Shown here in pieces: positions 46,201 to 58,405 of a stretch of DNA of 64,000 bases; the stretch's first letter is position 1; every line of letters starts with the position of its first letter. The DNA comes from Sphyrna mokarran. Taxonomy: Eukaryota. The translations under genes and the position numbers were made by a program. The DNA is taken from NCBI GenBank assembly GCA_024679065.1, contig JAGIQG010000020.1, forward strand, positions 8,928,001 to 8,992,000. The letters run 5' to 3'. The notes beneath the pieces are model-generated. The model did not search any database and was not told the origin of the DNA. It worked only from the letters and a program-made list of their open reading frames with translations.

Positions 46201-49200
46201 CCTGACCTATTCAATCTTTATATGCAACTTAATTAGAATTTTAAATATTAAGTTACTTTGTTTTGGATTTTATTATATTGTTCATTATTAGAGTCACCCA
46301 AATTGGCTGAAAACTCTGTTTTTTCATGTCTACCCATAGAGCTCCATAATTATCGCAATTCTCATCATTGCTATTTCTGTTGATAAATGATCGCTGAACC
46401 TTCTCCAAGACCACCACAATCTTCTACACCTGAGACCACCAAACTAAAAGCAGCAATCTAAGCGTGTGACCAACACGTTTCACAACAGCAGTTGTATTTT
46501 CCTACAATCACAATCACAATCTTTAACAGTTGCAGATGATAACCCGCATTACGTTAACCTTTGGCTGGTATTTGATAGCATGGTGACTTTTTAATAATAT
46601 GTTCACTTCGACGGCTAATCCGGTATTTGTGAGGCTGTGCATTTCTACTTTGAGGCTGTATTTTAATCTGTCATTCTCCTATCCAATATGTCTTACCTCA
46701 CACTGTTATCCTTAATTAGCGTCTGAGCTGTCTCCACTCACTCTCCATTGGTTTGCAAAATGCCGACTTTTTTTCAGAAGTCATTCTGGACCTACATAGG
46801 ATATCACCTGCAACTTTGATTTTAGTTCCTTGCGTAAAGCGAGATCATTATTAATGGTGTGAAAAGTCAGACTCTTAACCGACAAAGAAACAAAGAGTTT
46901 ACTGAAGTTTTCTTCATATTCTCAATAATGGAAGTTTTGATAGGCTTGGATATTACCGAAAAAAGACGTTTTGTAGAAACTTTTCGTATTGGACTCATCA
47001 GGGTGGTGATTGCTAACTAGTACATTCTCCTTGGTAATGCAACTACCAATCAGAATCTACTTGTTAACCAAACATCACTGTCTCCTCTTACAGTAAATCC
47101 CTGACATTGGTATTACTGCAATTGTCCTGATGAATGCAAAACGAAAAGTTTCAATAAAGTGCATTTTTTCAGCAATACCCAAGTTCTGCATTACTAAATA
47201 GCTGTTTGGATTTTAATGGAGTAAATGGAGAAACACTTTCTCTGATTCGAACATTAATGACATGTTAAAACTGTCACAAAGAAAATAAAGAAAAGGAGTA
47301 CGATACGGTCATTTGTGCAAATTGTTACTGGAGTAAGTACTGCTTCACCATAGAAAACATTTGAAGGAGAGATTGTTGCTTCTCTGCAGGAAATTGAATA
47401 AGTAGCTGATAAGGAATATGCCTTGAATATGAAGGAAAGAACAACTGGATCTGCTGGTGGATTGTTCTAATAAAGAGCGAATAAGCTGCAAATTTCTACA
47501 TGAATGGGGAGGGGAGGGAGCCTTTAGCTACACTGTGAATAGGGACACAGATTGAATGCTGTGCACTAGAAAATCAAGGCTGACAACAAGACAGTTTCCT
47601 TCACAAAAACTGCACTCGATACGTGACAGATTTTCAGACATATTAGTTGTATAATGTAAGAGAATTCTGGAATTGTATAACAATCAATTAGATCAGAGCA
47701 ATGAAAAAACTATAGAGCACTTATGGCTGCAAAAACGAAGATAGCTTAAAATTGCCCTCATTCCCGAAGATTAATCCCACAGGGCTGCAAACATTAACTC
47801 TGTTCCTTCCTCCATAGATGCTGCCAAACTTGTTTCTCCGGCACTGTAGTTATTTAAAATTGCCTTCAGCGTCAGTGATTACCTTCTGATCAAAGTTCAA
47901 GAGACAATGTAGAGAATGCTTAAAATCCTGACTCCCGGTTTCTGAAAACGAAGCTATTGAGAAATACTACAGGAAAATCAGACTCGGTAATTTTAAATCA
48001 GGGCATTAATCATATTTGTATAAGAAATTGGCACGGACAGTTCAAATACTGTGCTACTTCAAATTAAACCATAATTGAAAAGGAAAGAGGAAGAGAAAGG
48101 CTTGTATGGCTACCTGGAGTCTCTTCTTAAGGCAAAGAAAACTCTTTCCAGCAACGAACTACTGGCTAATGAAGGTCAGATGTCTGACATTAGTTAAAAG
48201 TCTGCTTGAGGGTATAATTGTTGTATAATCGTTTCATTTGAAAGAATTGGTAAGATTGATTCATTGTTCTCCCTCAGATTAATTTACTTTTGTGAGAAAA
48301 ACTGAGGAGGAGAGTCGAGAGCTAACATGTGAACGTGTAATCGGTTAAAAGAGAAAATAAAAGTGGTTAATCATAGAATCCCTACAGTACAGAAGAGGCC
48401 ATTCTGCCCATCGAATCTGCACCGACTCTCTGGCAGAATAGCTTACCCAAGCCTTCTTCCTTGCCCCATTCCTGTAACCTCGTGGTTTATTGATTTCATT
48501 TCATTTCCTATTGTACTGAGATACAGTGTAAAACATTGTTTCTTACAGATAAAACTTACCATTCGTACAACGCATAAAGGAGAAGGAAAGGAGAGAATGC
48601 AGCGTAAAGTGTTGTAGTCATAGCTAGGGTATAGAGCAAGGCCTGTTTATTATATGATAGGTACATTCAAAAGACTGATAGCAGCAGGGAAGAAGCTGTT
48701 CTTGAGTTCCGTTGATACGTGATCTCAGATTTTTGTATCTTTCTCCCAACAGAAGAAGATGGAAGAGGGTATGTCAGGGGTGCGTGGGGACTTGATTACG
48801 CTGGTTGTTTTTCGAGGCAGCGGCAAGGGGAGACGGAGTCAATGGATGGGATGGATTTACCGTGGCTAATCTATCTAACCTGCACATTAAATTTAGGAAT
48901 GTGTTGAAGTGGGGAACGTTGAGGCGGTTTGAACTGCTTGGGTGAAATCAGGGGCAGATATAATCAGCAAAAGGAGAAAGAAACTGAATAGTAAAAGGAT
49001 GACTCTCACGGTCACTGTGTTTCTTGAGTTGTATTTATGAAATCGGCTTGTATGTGCATGATACATTTTCAAAATACTTACAAGTACTGGGAATTGAGAG
49101 GAGGTAATTGTAGAGCTCACGATCACAGAATCAGCCTGATGGCATGGCTGGACACACGGGAGCTGATATTTAACGCAGAAAAATATGAAGTGATAGATTT

Positions 49201-49852
49201 TGATAGGAAGCAATATACAAAGAACATACAATTCTAAAAATGGCGCAGGAGCAGAAGGACCTTGGGCCTTGTGTCAAAATATTGTTGAAGGTAGAAAGTC
49301 AAAAAGCACAAGAGATCTGTGCTTTTTAAATAAAGGCATGAAGTATAAAACCAAGAAAATGATGGTGAAATCTATAAAACAGTGGTTCAGTCTTAACTGT
49401 AAGAATGTGGCCAATGCCTAGCATCAGAAGTTTGTGAAACCGTTAGATCTGGAGCAGAAAAGATTTTTGACAACGAGGGATGAGGGACTACAGTTATGTA
49501 ATTATTTTTGAGAAGCTGGGGTTATTTTTCTTGGAGAGCGAAATACCAAAATTCGGTAACCCAACACGTTAAGGGTGATGTACGAGACCGAAAAGTGATA
49601 CAACATCACATTAAATTGTAACCGGATCTTGAGAGGATCTGTAGCAGAATACACATGTAAAGTAAACCAATATTAATACAACTGTAAACGGTAAAATATG
49701 TCATGCTTGCAAATCACTTTATTATATGATAGAAGCTGCAAGAAGTCATAATTACTAACCTTCAAGTTGATCGTAATATATTTTCTTACGTTTATGAACC
49801 TGGATTACGCACTGTAACCACTTTACAATAATTGTCATATAAAATGATTGGA

Positions 49853-50200
49853 CATAGAACATAGAACATAGAACATAGAACAATACAGCACAGAACAGGC
49901 CCTTCGGCCTTCGATGTTGTGCCGACCAAAATAAAAAGCAATGCCCCTCCTAACTAAACCATTCCCTTCTCATCCATATACTTATCAACTAACCTCTTAA
50001 ACGCCACCAAACTTGGCGCATCTACAACAGCTGCAGGCAGGGCATTCCACTCCCTAATCACTCTTTGAGTAAAGAACCTACCTCTGATATCCGTCCTATA
50101 ACTCATACCCCTTAATTTAAAGTTGTGTCCCCTCGTGCTAGCTTTCTCCATCCTAGGAAAAAGGCTATCACTGTCCACCCTATCCAAACCTCTAATTAAA
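49853..50200 (-). mobile_element. CR1-like LINE 3' end with (CATAGAA)n tail
   Basis: ORF 49954..50247 RGLDRVDSDSLFPR...RFFTQRVIREWNALP; tandem catagaa repeats at 49853-49880. Confidence 0.8.
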
Positions 50201-51598
50201 CATGTATGTTTAATTATAGAATGTAGGTTGGCTAAATATATCAGCAAAACTTGTTTATCCTCTTATTGTACTGCTTTGCCAGAAGCGGACGGAACTGCTT
50301 ATCTCAGAACAGATGCTGTTCGGTGATTTCCCCATCCTAAGAATGGATACAATTGCAACAAATTTGCAAGAAAAAGTGAAACATTCGCAGCTGTCGATAC
50401 TGTTCAAAAAACTGAAGCAATTTAGAGCTTCAGACTCCCAAATTCACAGGTTTATTCAACGTTAGCATGAATGCATATGGGAAGATATTAAACAAAAAAA
50501 TGCGGGGGGGCGAAATCAGCCGTTCCAGCAGAGGGAGAATCAGGGGTCGCTTTTTCAAGTCCATGTGAATCTTTCTCAGAGCTAAAGAGAGGGGCATTTG
50601 AGAAAAAAAGAACCACCTCTAATGCATTGAAAGCTATAACTTGTAGGATTTACTCAGGGATTCACTGAAATAGTTCGACTCAAAAGCCAGATGTGTAATT
50701 ATTCTCGTTATAACTTTTGTTGTAATGAATATAGTGTCGCACGCTAAACGTCAAATCTAACCCTTTCTATTCCATCAGTGAAAGATCAGTATTGATTTAA
50801 AATATCCTTTTAATGTTGCATGATAACACCGATGTGAATGTTCCGCCGTGACACTTCTGTATTAAGATCAGTTAGTGTGAGGATTACTATCTCAAGCAAT
50901 ATAAATGCCCAAAAGCACAGAAATGTTGCAACTCCCTTTTTCAGTAAAAATGTAAGGTTTCTAGGACACACTAGCACTGTGGCAGCAAGACAGCATCGAG
51001 TAAATGTTAATAGACTAAGATGTTCATCTGTGCTCCCAATGACAGCATTCAATTTATTGGCCATTTTGCAGTGGGTGCACGGGGCGAGTTAATGAGAAAA
51101 CAGTTTCTTCGTGGTAAATGGCACTGCAATAAAGCCTTCAAACATTTTTCACTTTATTACTTTATCAGTGAAGGTTCTTTGCGTTGCTTTACACCTCCCA
51201 CGAAGCCAAAACAGCGCCCGGTGTCTCACTGCACAGCTTATATGCGTAATAAAGAATGATAGCATTTAGTTAATAACTTATTTTAAAACTGAAATTCAAA
51301 TTCAAGGATTTAAATGATTGCTTTTGCTAAATACACAACGGTTAAATATTGGGAACAATAAGAGATGGTCGATTTAGAAAAATTCTGGCCTCAATTTCAT
51401 AATTATATTTGAGTCTTAAAACATTACAGCCTTTGGTTTGAAGTAAATGTAGCTATGCTAATGTAAACATCTCGCAAGGCTGAAAAGGTCAATTCTATCA
51501 TCAGAATCGTCCGCCTTTGGTACAGTGTGACTGACGCGATTGGTTATCAAAACCCGGAACTGCTTGGTCGGCCAATGGAGGGTTGAAGTGGAAAATGT

Positions 51599-51651
51599 AT
51601 TTACATACCTAGCAATCGGTAGCATTTCATTTGTCCAAACTTTGATATAAA
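51599..51651 (+). promoter_or_regulatory. Promoter of IgL cluster 3 (octamer variant plus TATA box)
   Basis: ATTTACAT at 51599-51606 (7/8 to ATTTGCAT, light-chain orientation) and TATAAA at 51646-51651, ~50 bp before the ATG. Confidence 0.6.
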
Positions 51652-51700
51652 GGATGGCACCCACTAATCCGAGAGATTACACTTCTTGCATTCATTTACA

Positions 51701-51749
51701 ATGGCAGCGGTTACTCTTCTCCTGCTCTCATTCACAATTGTTCTGGCGT
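51701..51749 (+). CDS. Leader exon, IgL cluster 3
   Basis: MAAVTLLLLSFTIVLA plus one base, then donor GTAAGT at 51750; phase 1, in frame with the V exon. Confidence 0.9.
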
Positions 51750-51915
51750 GTAAGTGTCTGGGAGATATAATATTATCAGCGTAGAGGAGTGTAAAAACAA
51801 ATTAAGCAAAATCTTAATCCAAAGCATTATTTGGGTCTCAATGTAATGGTCTGCGTTGGTGTTACATTTTTATGTTGGTCCAATCATTTTTAATCATGTT
51901 TCTTCAAATTTGCAG

Positions 51916-52224
51916 ATACCAGCGCGCAGATCAGCTTGATCCAACCAAAATCCGTGTCCACTACACCGGGGAAAACCGTGATCCTAAACTGTACAGTCCA
52001 AGGAATCAGCCTCTCAAAGAGATATGTTAATTGATACCATCAGAAGCGTGGCAGTGCCCCAAGGTTTATCTTATATGGAACCGATAATAGAGGGGACGGT
52101 ATCCCGGATAGATTTACCGGCCTGGAAGACGAAAAAACAAACATCGGACATTTGACCATCGCGAACGTGGAATTGGGGGACGCCGGTGATTATTACTGCT
52201 TATCAAGTAAAGAAAATACCGACA
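51916..52224 (+). pseudogene. IGLV: Unrearranged lambda-like VL segment, cluster 3 (in-frame TGA at conserved Trp)
   Basis: Acceptor tttgcag, then TSAQISLIQPKSVSTTPGKTVILNCTVQGISLSKRYVN*YHQKRGSAPRFILYGTDNRGDGIPDRFTGLEDEKTNIGHLTIANVELGDAGDYYCLSSKENTD. The stop is at 52032-52034. Missing from the ORF track. Confidence 0.92.
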
Positions 52225-52263
52225 CACGGTGACAGGTCCAGTGACTCCTTCTGTACCAAAACT
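52225..52263 (+). other. V-flanking recombination signal sequence, 23 bp spacer
   Basis: Heptamer CACGGTG (52225-52231), 23 bp spacer, nonamer ACCAAAACT (52255-52263). Confidence 0.9.
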
Positions 52264-52454
52264 CTTCACAGAACTCGCGCTAGAATTCACATGGCCGACT
52301 AAAATTGACATTAGCAGCTGGGCCAACAATATTGCCTTAATGAGACTCTCACAATATAATTTTTCTTTTTTAAAAAAGGCAAGTTATTGTTCACCCAACA
52401 GATATGAACTCCTGCTTCGATCGAACATCCTCTGCTCAGCTACACAGCTGGAAC

Positions 52455-52482
52455 AGTTTTTGTACGGCGTCATACCATCGTG
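52455..52482 (-). other. J-flanking recombination signal sequence, 12 bp spacer
   Basis: Plus strand AGTTTTTGT (52455-52463), 12 bp spacer, CATCGTG (52476-52482); equals CACGATG-12-ACAAAAACT on the minus strand. Confidence 0.9.
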
Positions 52483-52521
52483 GGTGGTATTTTGGTAGCG
52501 GAACCAGGCTGAATGTTCTGG
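52483..52521 (+). CDS. IGLJ: JL segment, cluster 3
   Basis: WYFGSGTRLNVL (FGxG motif) followed by donor GTAAGT at 52522. Confidence 0.93.
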
Positions 52522-54819
52522 GTAAGTGATATATTTATGCTTCATGAAGCAAATTGCTTGTAAGTTTGTGAATTTGAATGCAAGGTTTAGTTTGCTTCAA
52601 TTGATTATTTTTCAACAAAATTGTTCATCTTGAGAGTGAACCACGACTAGAATGTGTAGATTCACCTGGTCAAACTGGTCAAACGATACCCAGATACTTA
52701 TCCTTTCAATCCAAAACCAAAATCCCATTTAAGACAAATCCACATTCAAGACACTTTCAATGTAGTTACTGCCCTTCGTTAATCCTGTCCTGTGACAGTA
52801 TCAGAAGGAGGGTGATATCGACTTTTATATTTGATTTATTACTATCACAAGTATTGAGATACAGTGAAAAGTATTGTTTCTTCCGCTATACAGACAAAGC
52901 ATACCATTCATAGAGTACATAGGGAAGAATGAAAGGATAGAGTGCAGAATATAGTGTTCCATGTACAGATAGGACGAAGAGAAAGATCAGGTTAATATAT
53001 GGCAGGTCAATTCAAAAGTCTGATGGCAGCATCGAAGAAGCTGTTCTTGGGTCAGTTGATATGTGTCCGCAGACTTTTATTTTTTTTTCCCAAAGAAGAA
53101 GGTAGAAGAGAGTATGTCTGCGTCCCATGGCGTCCTTGATTACGCCGGCTGCTTTTAGAGGAAGTGGGAAGTGTAGATGGAGTCAATGGATTGGGAGGCT
53201 GGTTTGGCTACGTTCACAACCCTTTGTAGTTTCTTGCAATTGTTGGGCTAAATGGGTCATATTTCCACCATTGCTTCTTGGTGATCCCCCTTGTTCAGCA
53301 ACTAAACTTTGCTTTTTATTTTGGTCGGCGCAACATCGAAGGCCGAAGGGCCTGTTCTGTGCTGTAATGTTCTATGTTCTATGTTCTAAAGTTAGACCCG
53401 GATTATTAGGATCCGGATTTGCAACTTGAGATGTTGTATGAGTGTAAACAAACTTTTCATTTGATCACCAGCAGATGGCTCGGTAATCTCATTGCATATT
53501 CGAATGTTCCCATAGTTAATAAAACTCCAGGCTGTAAGATTATGCGGCTCGGGCTAAAACTGCATTCTGCAATGATTTTAGGAGATGCAGGTAATGCAGA
53601 AGGAAAAGTCACCGTGCAAATAAAATATCAATACAATGTTTGTCTTTATTTGGTACTCTTAATATGCCGAATCCTAAAGTCTTGTGAACCTTATTTTGGA
53701 ATCCTAGCACGTATTTCCCAATAATTGATAATATGGGTAAATTTAGCACCGTCTTGTTGTGCGGTGTGTTGGACGGTTGGAAATAGAAGAGGAAGAAATA
53801 GCATTTTTTTAAAACAACGAAACTGGGCCCAACCAATTTCTCATAACTCAGTTCAAACCAAAATTGGACAAACGCGGCAGATCTGACAGCATCTATGGAG
53901 AGAAACCGAGTTCCCATTTCGGATGTACACAATCCTTCTGCAGAAGAGTTTCGGTGCTACTAAACCTGCTGAGTTTATTCAGCATTTTCTGTTTTTATTT
54001 CACATTTCCAGTATCCGCAGTCTTCTGCTTTTATCAAACCAAATGTTTCGGCCTGTTAAAAGACTCTTCCCATCCTGGAATATCCTAACCACCCTCCCCA
54101 TGTTATTCAATGGCCCCAGACTCTTTTGTGGAACGTGGGTCGAATTTCTGCTCACCTTGGGCCGAATTTTCGAGCGAACGTCCGGGACAATTCCTGATCC
54201 CGACTCGGTGTACTTTGATGGCCTGCTCGCTTGCTTAATTTTAAGCCAGGCAGCCAATAAGTAGGTCCCGTCGGCGTTTGCCGTCAAATTAATGACATTT
54301 GGCAGCACACGGGACATCGGCAACGCCATAGAATCATGCAAAATTTAGTGATCATCTAAAGGTCCAAAACAATATGAATAGTAGCTGGAAATCGGAGGGG
54401 AATAGAGTGCAGAGGAAAGGTGTTTACATGAATCTACAAGATCAGATGGTGGCTCTTGAGAGATTTGTCGAGGGGTCCTCACACAATTGTTATGGTACAG
54501 AAGGAAACCATTTGGCCCATCGTGTAGGTACTGGATCTTCAAATGAGCATCACGAGTTAGTGTCATTCCTCTGCCGGTGTCCTCTGCACGTTGTTTTTAT
54601 TTAACTAATCATCTAATACCCTCTTGAATACTTTGAATTAACCTGCCTCTACCACACCAGAAAGGTAACAGCAGACGCCGGCCATTCAGCCCATCGCGCT
54701 TGCTGCGCTATTCATTGAGAGCTTGCTTGATTTATAAGAATCCTCAACTCCACTTCCAGATAGTGCTATCCGGAGCCGGACCACTTAAAGGATTGTGAGT
54801 CACACAAGTAAACTTACAT

Positions 54820-55400
54820 TCACACTGCAATTAAGTTACTGTGGAAATCCCCTAGCCACCACAATCTGGCGCCTGTTCGGGTACACTGAGTGAGAAATTA
54901 GCGTGGCCAATTCACCTAACCAGCACACCTTTGGAGTGTTGGAGGAAACCAGAGCACCCAGGGGAAATCCACGCAGGCACGGGAAGAATGTGCAGACTCC
55001 GCACTGACAGTGACCCAAGCCTGAATCCAGGTTCCTAATGCTGTAAGACAGCAGTGCTAACCACTGTGCCACCGTGTCAGAGGATCATAGAATCCTACAG
55101 TGCAGAAGGAGACCATTCGGCTCATCGCATCTGCACCGATCACAATTCCACCCAGATCCTACCCCCATAACCCCATACATTCGCCCTAGCCAGTCCCTCC
55201 GACATTAAGTGGAATTTTAGCAGGGCCAATCCATCTAATACGCACATCTTTCGACTGGAGGAGGAAACCGGGTCACCTAGAGGAAACCCATGCAGACGCG
55301 GAGAGAATGTGCAAATCCACAGACAGTGACCCAAGCCGGGAATTGAACCTGGGTCCCTGGTGCCGTGAGGTAGCAGTGCAAACCACTGTCACCATGCCGC
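54820..55400 (-). mobile_element. Two adjacent HE1/V-SINE-like elements in the J-C intron
   Basis: Reverse-oriented heads ending at about 55076 and 55400 (cagtgctaaccactgtgccaccgtg; gaattgaacctgggtccctgg). Confidence 0.7.
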
Positions 55401-56659
55401 CCCGTATTGTTTTCTGTACATTTTATTGCAGTTCCATGTTGAGGTGTAATCGCACTTTCAATTCCCTTAACTCACTCTCCACCGCTGCCAGGTGAATAGC
55501 CACTGGAGCTGGGGAATGGTAGGAGTGGAAGGCCCAGGGAAACTGCAGCTGGTGGGAGAGCCAATTCAAGCAATCGATTCCAAAATTTCCCTGTGCCATC
55601 ATAGAGACAAACTGAACCCATTGCTCAAAGGGTCGAGAATCAAAGGGCACAAATTTATGAAATAACCGAAAATGACCTGAGGCAAAACATTCCTGCATGG
55701 AGTAGTAAGAATTTGGAATACAGTACTTGACACTGTGCAGAATCAATTGTGGTTCTCAAATGGTAGTTGGATAGGCACCTGTAGGGAGAAATGCAGGGCT
55801 CAGGAGAAAGTGCGAGGAGTGGGACTAGCTGATACAATGTAGCAGAATTTCTGGGCGGAGTGGCCTCTTTCTCTGCTGTAATCACTCTTCTGATTCTATG
55901 ATACTGGCAATCAGTTGTGGCTCAGCAAAGAGTTCGCGTTGTTCCCCGCTATTTCTGAATAATAAAGATTCATCCTACCTATGCCATTATTCCATGCATA
56001 ATGCAAGTGAGAGCCAGTTTTTTGTTGTTAATCTATTCATTAACAGGTTAGAAATTAACGAATATTTGATAGCGCTAATCCTAGTTGAGTGTGCTACTGA
56101 AATACCTCTGAATTTTATTGTGAATTCTGCTAACCGTATTTAAAACAAATTGGTGCCTCCCAATTAAGCAAAGCATTCTTGCCGTTGTCTGAACAGTAAA
56201 TGCGCCTTAGTGTGCTCTATGTAGCGGGGGGAAGGTTGAAGATATATCCATCGGGTCTGGGTGGGGTTCTGGTTGGTATAGATTCGATGGGACTCCTTCT
56301 GTACTGTAGGGATTGTATGTTTCTTTTATATTTCCCTGTCTGGCTTCTGAATTAAAAAAATCGAAGATGAACATTGAACATGTCAGTTATTGGCGAAAGA
56401 AAACGTCCTGAGAAACTTCTTTCCGTATAATTACAGCCCAGATCCTAAACTTTATTGTTAATGTAAACTAATTTTCCAAGGTATTTTTGAATCTAACCCG
56501 GGCGTCCTTCCCATCTACATTAACCGTGAAAGCACTTAGCAAGTCGGGTCGCATCCACAGATGTTGCCTGACCTGCTGAGTATTTCCCAACAGTCTCTTT
56601 TTTCCCCATATTTCCAGGAGTTTACTATTCAGCTATTGTTACTTATTTATATGCATCTG

Positions 56660-57370
56660 AATTCTAAGAACATAAGGACTAGGATCTGAAGTCTGGCCCC
56701 TCGAGCCTGCTCTACCATTCAATAAAATCATGGCTGATCTTTTCACGGACTCAGCTCCACCTACCGGCCCACTCACCATAATGCTTAATTCCTTTACTGT
56801 TCAAAAACGTATCTACCCTTGCCTTAAAAAATTCAATGAGATAGCCTCAACCGAGTCACTGGATAGGGAATTCCACAGATTCACAATCCTTTGGGTGAAG
56901 AAGTTCCTCTTCAACTCAGTCTTAAAACTGCTTTGGGCCTGTGTCTGTGGGAGTTTGCGCGTTCTCCCCGTGGTTGCGTGGGTTTTCTCCGGGTGCTCCG
57001 GTTTCCTCCCACATCCCAAAAATGTGCTCTTCGGCTGATTGGGAAACAAATTGGTCCCTATATGTCATTAAGACGTTAGGACGGCGGCGCGGGCTCGTTG
57101 GGCCGAAGGGCCTGTTTCCGGTGCTGTATTGTTCTTTGTTCTTTGCTCCCCCTTATTTTGAGGCCATGCCCCCAGTTCTATTTTCACCTGCCAGTGGAAA
57201 CAACCTCCCTGCTTCTATCTTATCCATTCCCTTCATAATCGTACATGTTTCTATAAGCCCCTCATTCTTCTGAATTCCAGTGAGTTTAGTCCCAGTCTCT
57301 CCGCATAAGCCAACACTCTCAATTCCGGAGTCAACCAAGTGAACCCCCCCTGCACCCCCTCCAGCGCTAG
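56660..57370 (-). mobile_element. CR1-like LINE 3' fragment with nested SINE
   Basis: ORFs KGMDKIEAGRLFPLAGENRTGG and KRNFFTQRIVNLWNSL are split by a plus-strand SINE at about 56930-57145. Confidence 0.8.
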
Positions 57371-57831
57371 TTTATCCTTTCAGAAGTTATTACTCTCCAA
57401 TAATCAAGGAATCTCTGTTTATGATCCCACTGTAAGAAGTCTCACAACACCAGGTTAAAGCCCAACAGATTTATTTGGGAACACCAGCTTTCAGAGTGCC
57501 TCTCCTTCAGCAAGTGAGTATTATTATGCTACTCAACATGCCCCACACCCAAGGGCAATCTCAAGGTTCTCTGACTATCTCTAGCAATGTTTTCTAAGTG
57601 AAAAATAACTTTCCAGTTTGGAATTTGATTTTTTTACATTGCTTTCAAATACCATCAGATATATTTGTATCCAAATGCAATTTCTCGGAAATGTAAAATG
57701 TTGCAGGTACAACTTTGCAACTCAGCATCACACAGGCACAATTCCTACTTAGATATGGTAAACATTTTGCAGTGCAAATACATTGGCCAATATAAATTTA
57801 GAATTAATGCGACTCTATGTTCTCCTTTCAG

Positions 57832-58160
57832 GTCGTCAACCAGCCAATCCCACAGTCTCGCTCCTTCCACCATCGAAGAAGCAGATTGAAGAGGCCAACC
57901 AGGCAACGTTGGTGTGTTTGGTGAATAATTTTTACCCCGATTCCGTGCAACTTGTGTGGAGCGTGGACGGCAAAGTCAGAGAGGCGGGCACCCAAACCAG
58001 TTCAACTTTACAGGACTCTGACCAGACCTACAGTGTGAGCACTTACCTGACCCTGTCCGCCTCCGAGTGGAACTCACACGAGCTTTATTCCTGCGGGGTT
58101 AAGCATGAGAGTCTAGGGTCCACACTCGAGCAAAGTATTAGGCGTTCAAACTGCATGTGA
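57832..58160 (+). CDS. IGLC: Lambda-like Ig light chain constant exon, cluster 3 (intact)
   Basis: Acceptor tctcctttcag|GT, then RQPANPTVSLLPPSKKQIEEANQATLVCLVNNFYPDSVQLVWSVDG...YLTLSASEWNSHELYSCGVKHESLGSTLEQSIRRSNCM*. Both domain Cys and the penultimate Cys are present. Confidence 0.95.
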
Positions 58161-58395
58161 TGAAGGAAGACGTGTCTTGTAACTTTGCAACTTCTCTGCA
58201 TTGCGGTTTAAAATAACTCGTCACTGTTTCTTGTGTTGAGACTCATCCAATGAAATATCTGTTTTGCTGTTGCTGTAGACATCGTTTTGGAAAAAAAACA
58301 AGAGAAATTTAGATGGCTTTTGTCATGTGTGTTTTAAATTGTAAACACATTCATTATTTTGTGCAACAATATATTAAAATCTTTTTTGAGCCCTG

Positions 58396-58405
58396 AATAA
58401 ATAAA
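58396..58405 (+). terminator. Polyadenylation signal of IgL cluster 3
   Basis: Overlapping AATAAATAAA ~235 bp after the stop codon. Confidence 0.7.

Noticed and set aside
50525-50538. Additional CTCF-like motif CCAGCAGAGGGAGA upstream of cluster 3
   Set aside because: Two mismatches at the 3' end and no paralog available to test conservation.
58044-58094. Recent gene conversion as the cause of the identical YLTLSASEWNSHELYSC block in clusters 1 and 3
   Set aside because: Several synonymous differences lie inside the block (TAT/TAC, ACT/ACC, TCA/TCC, TGT/TGC), which fits protein-level conservation better.
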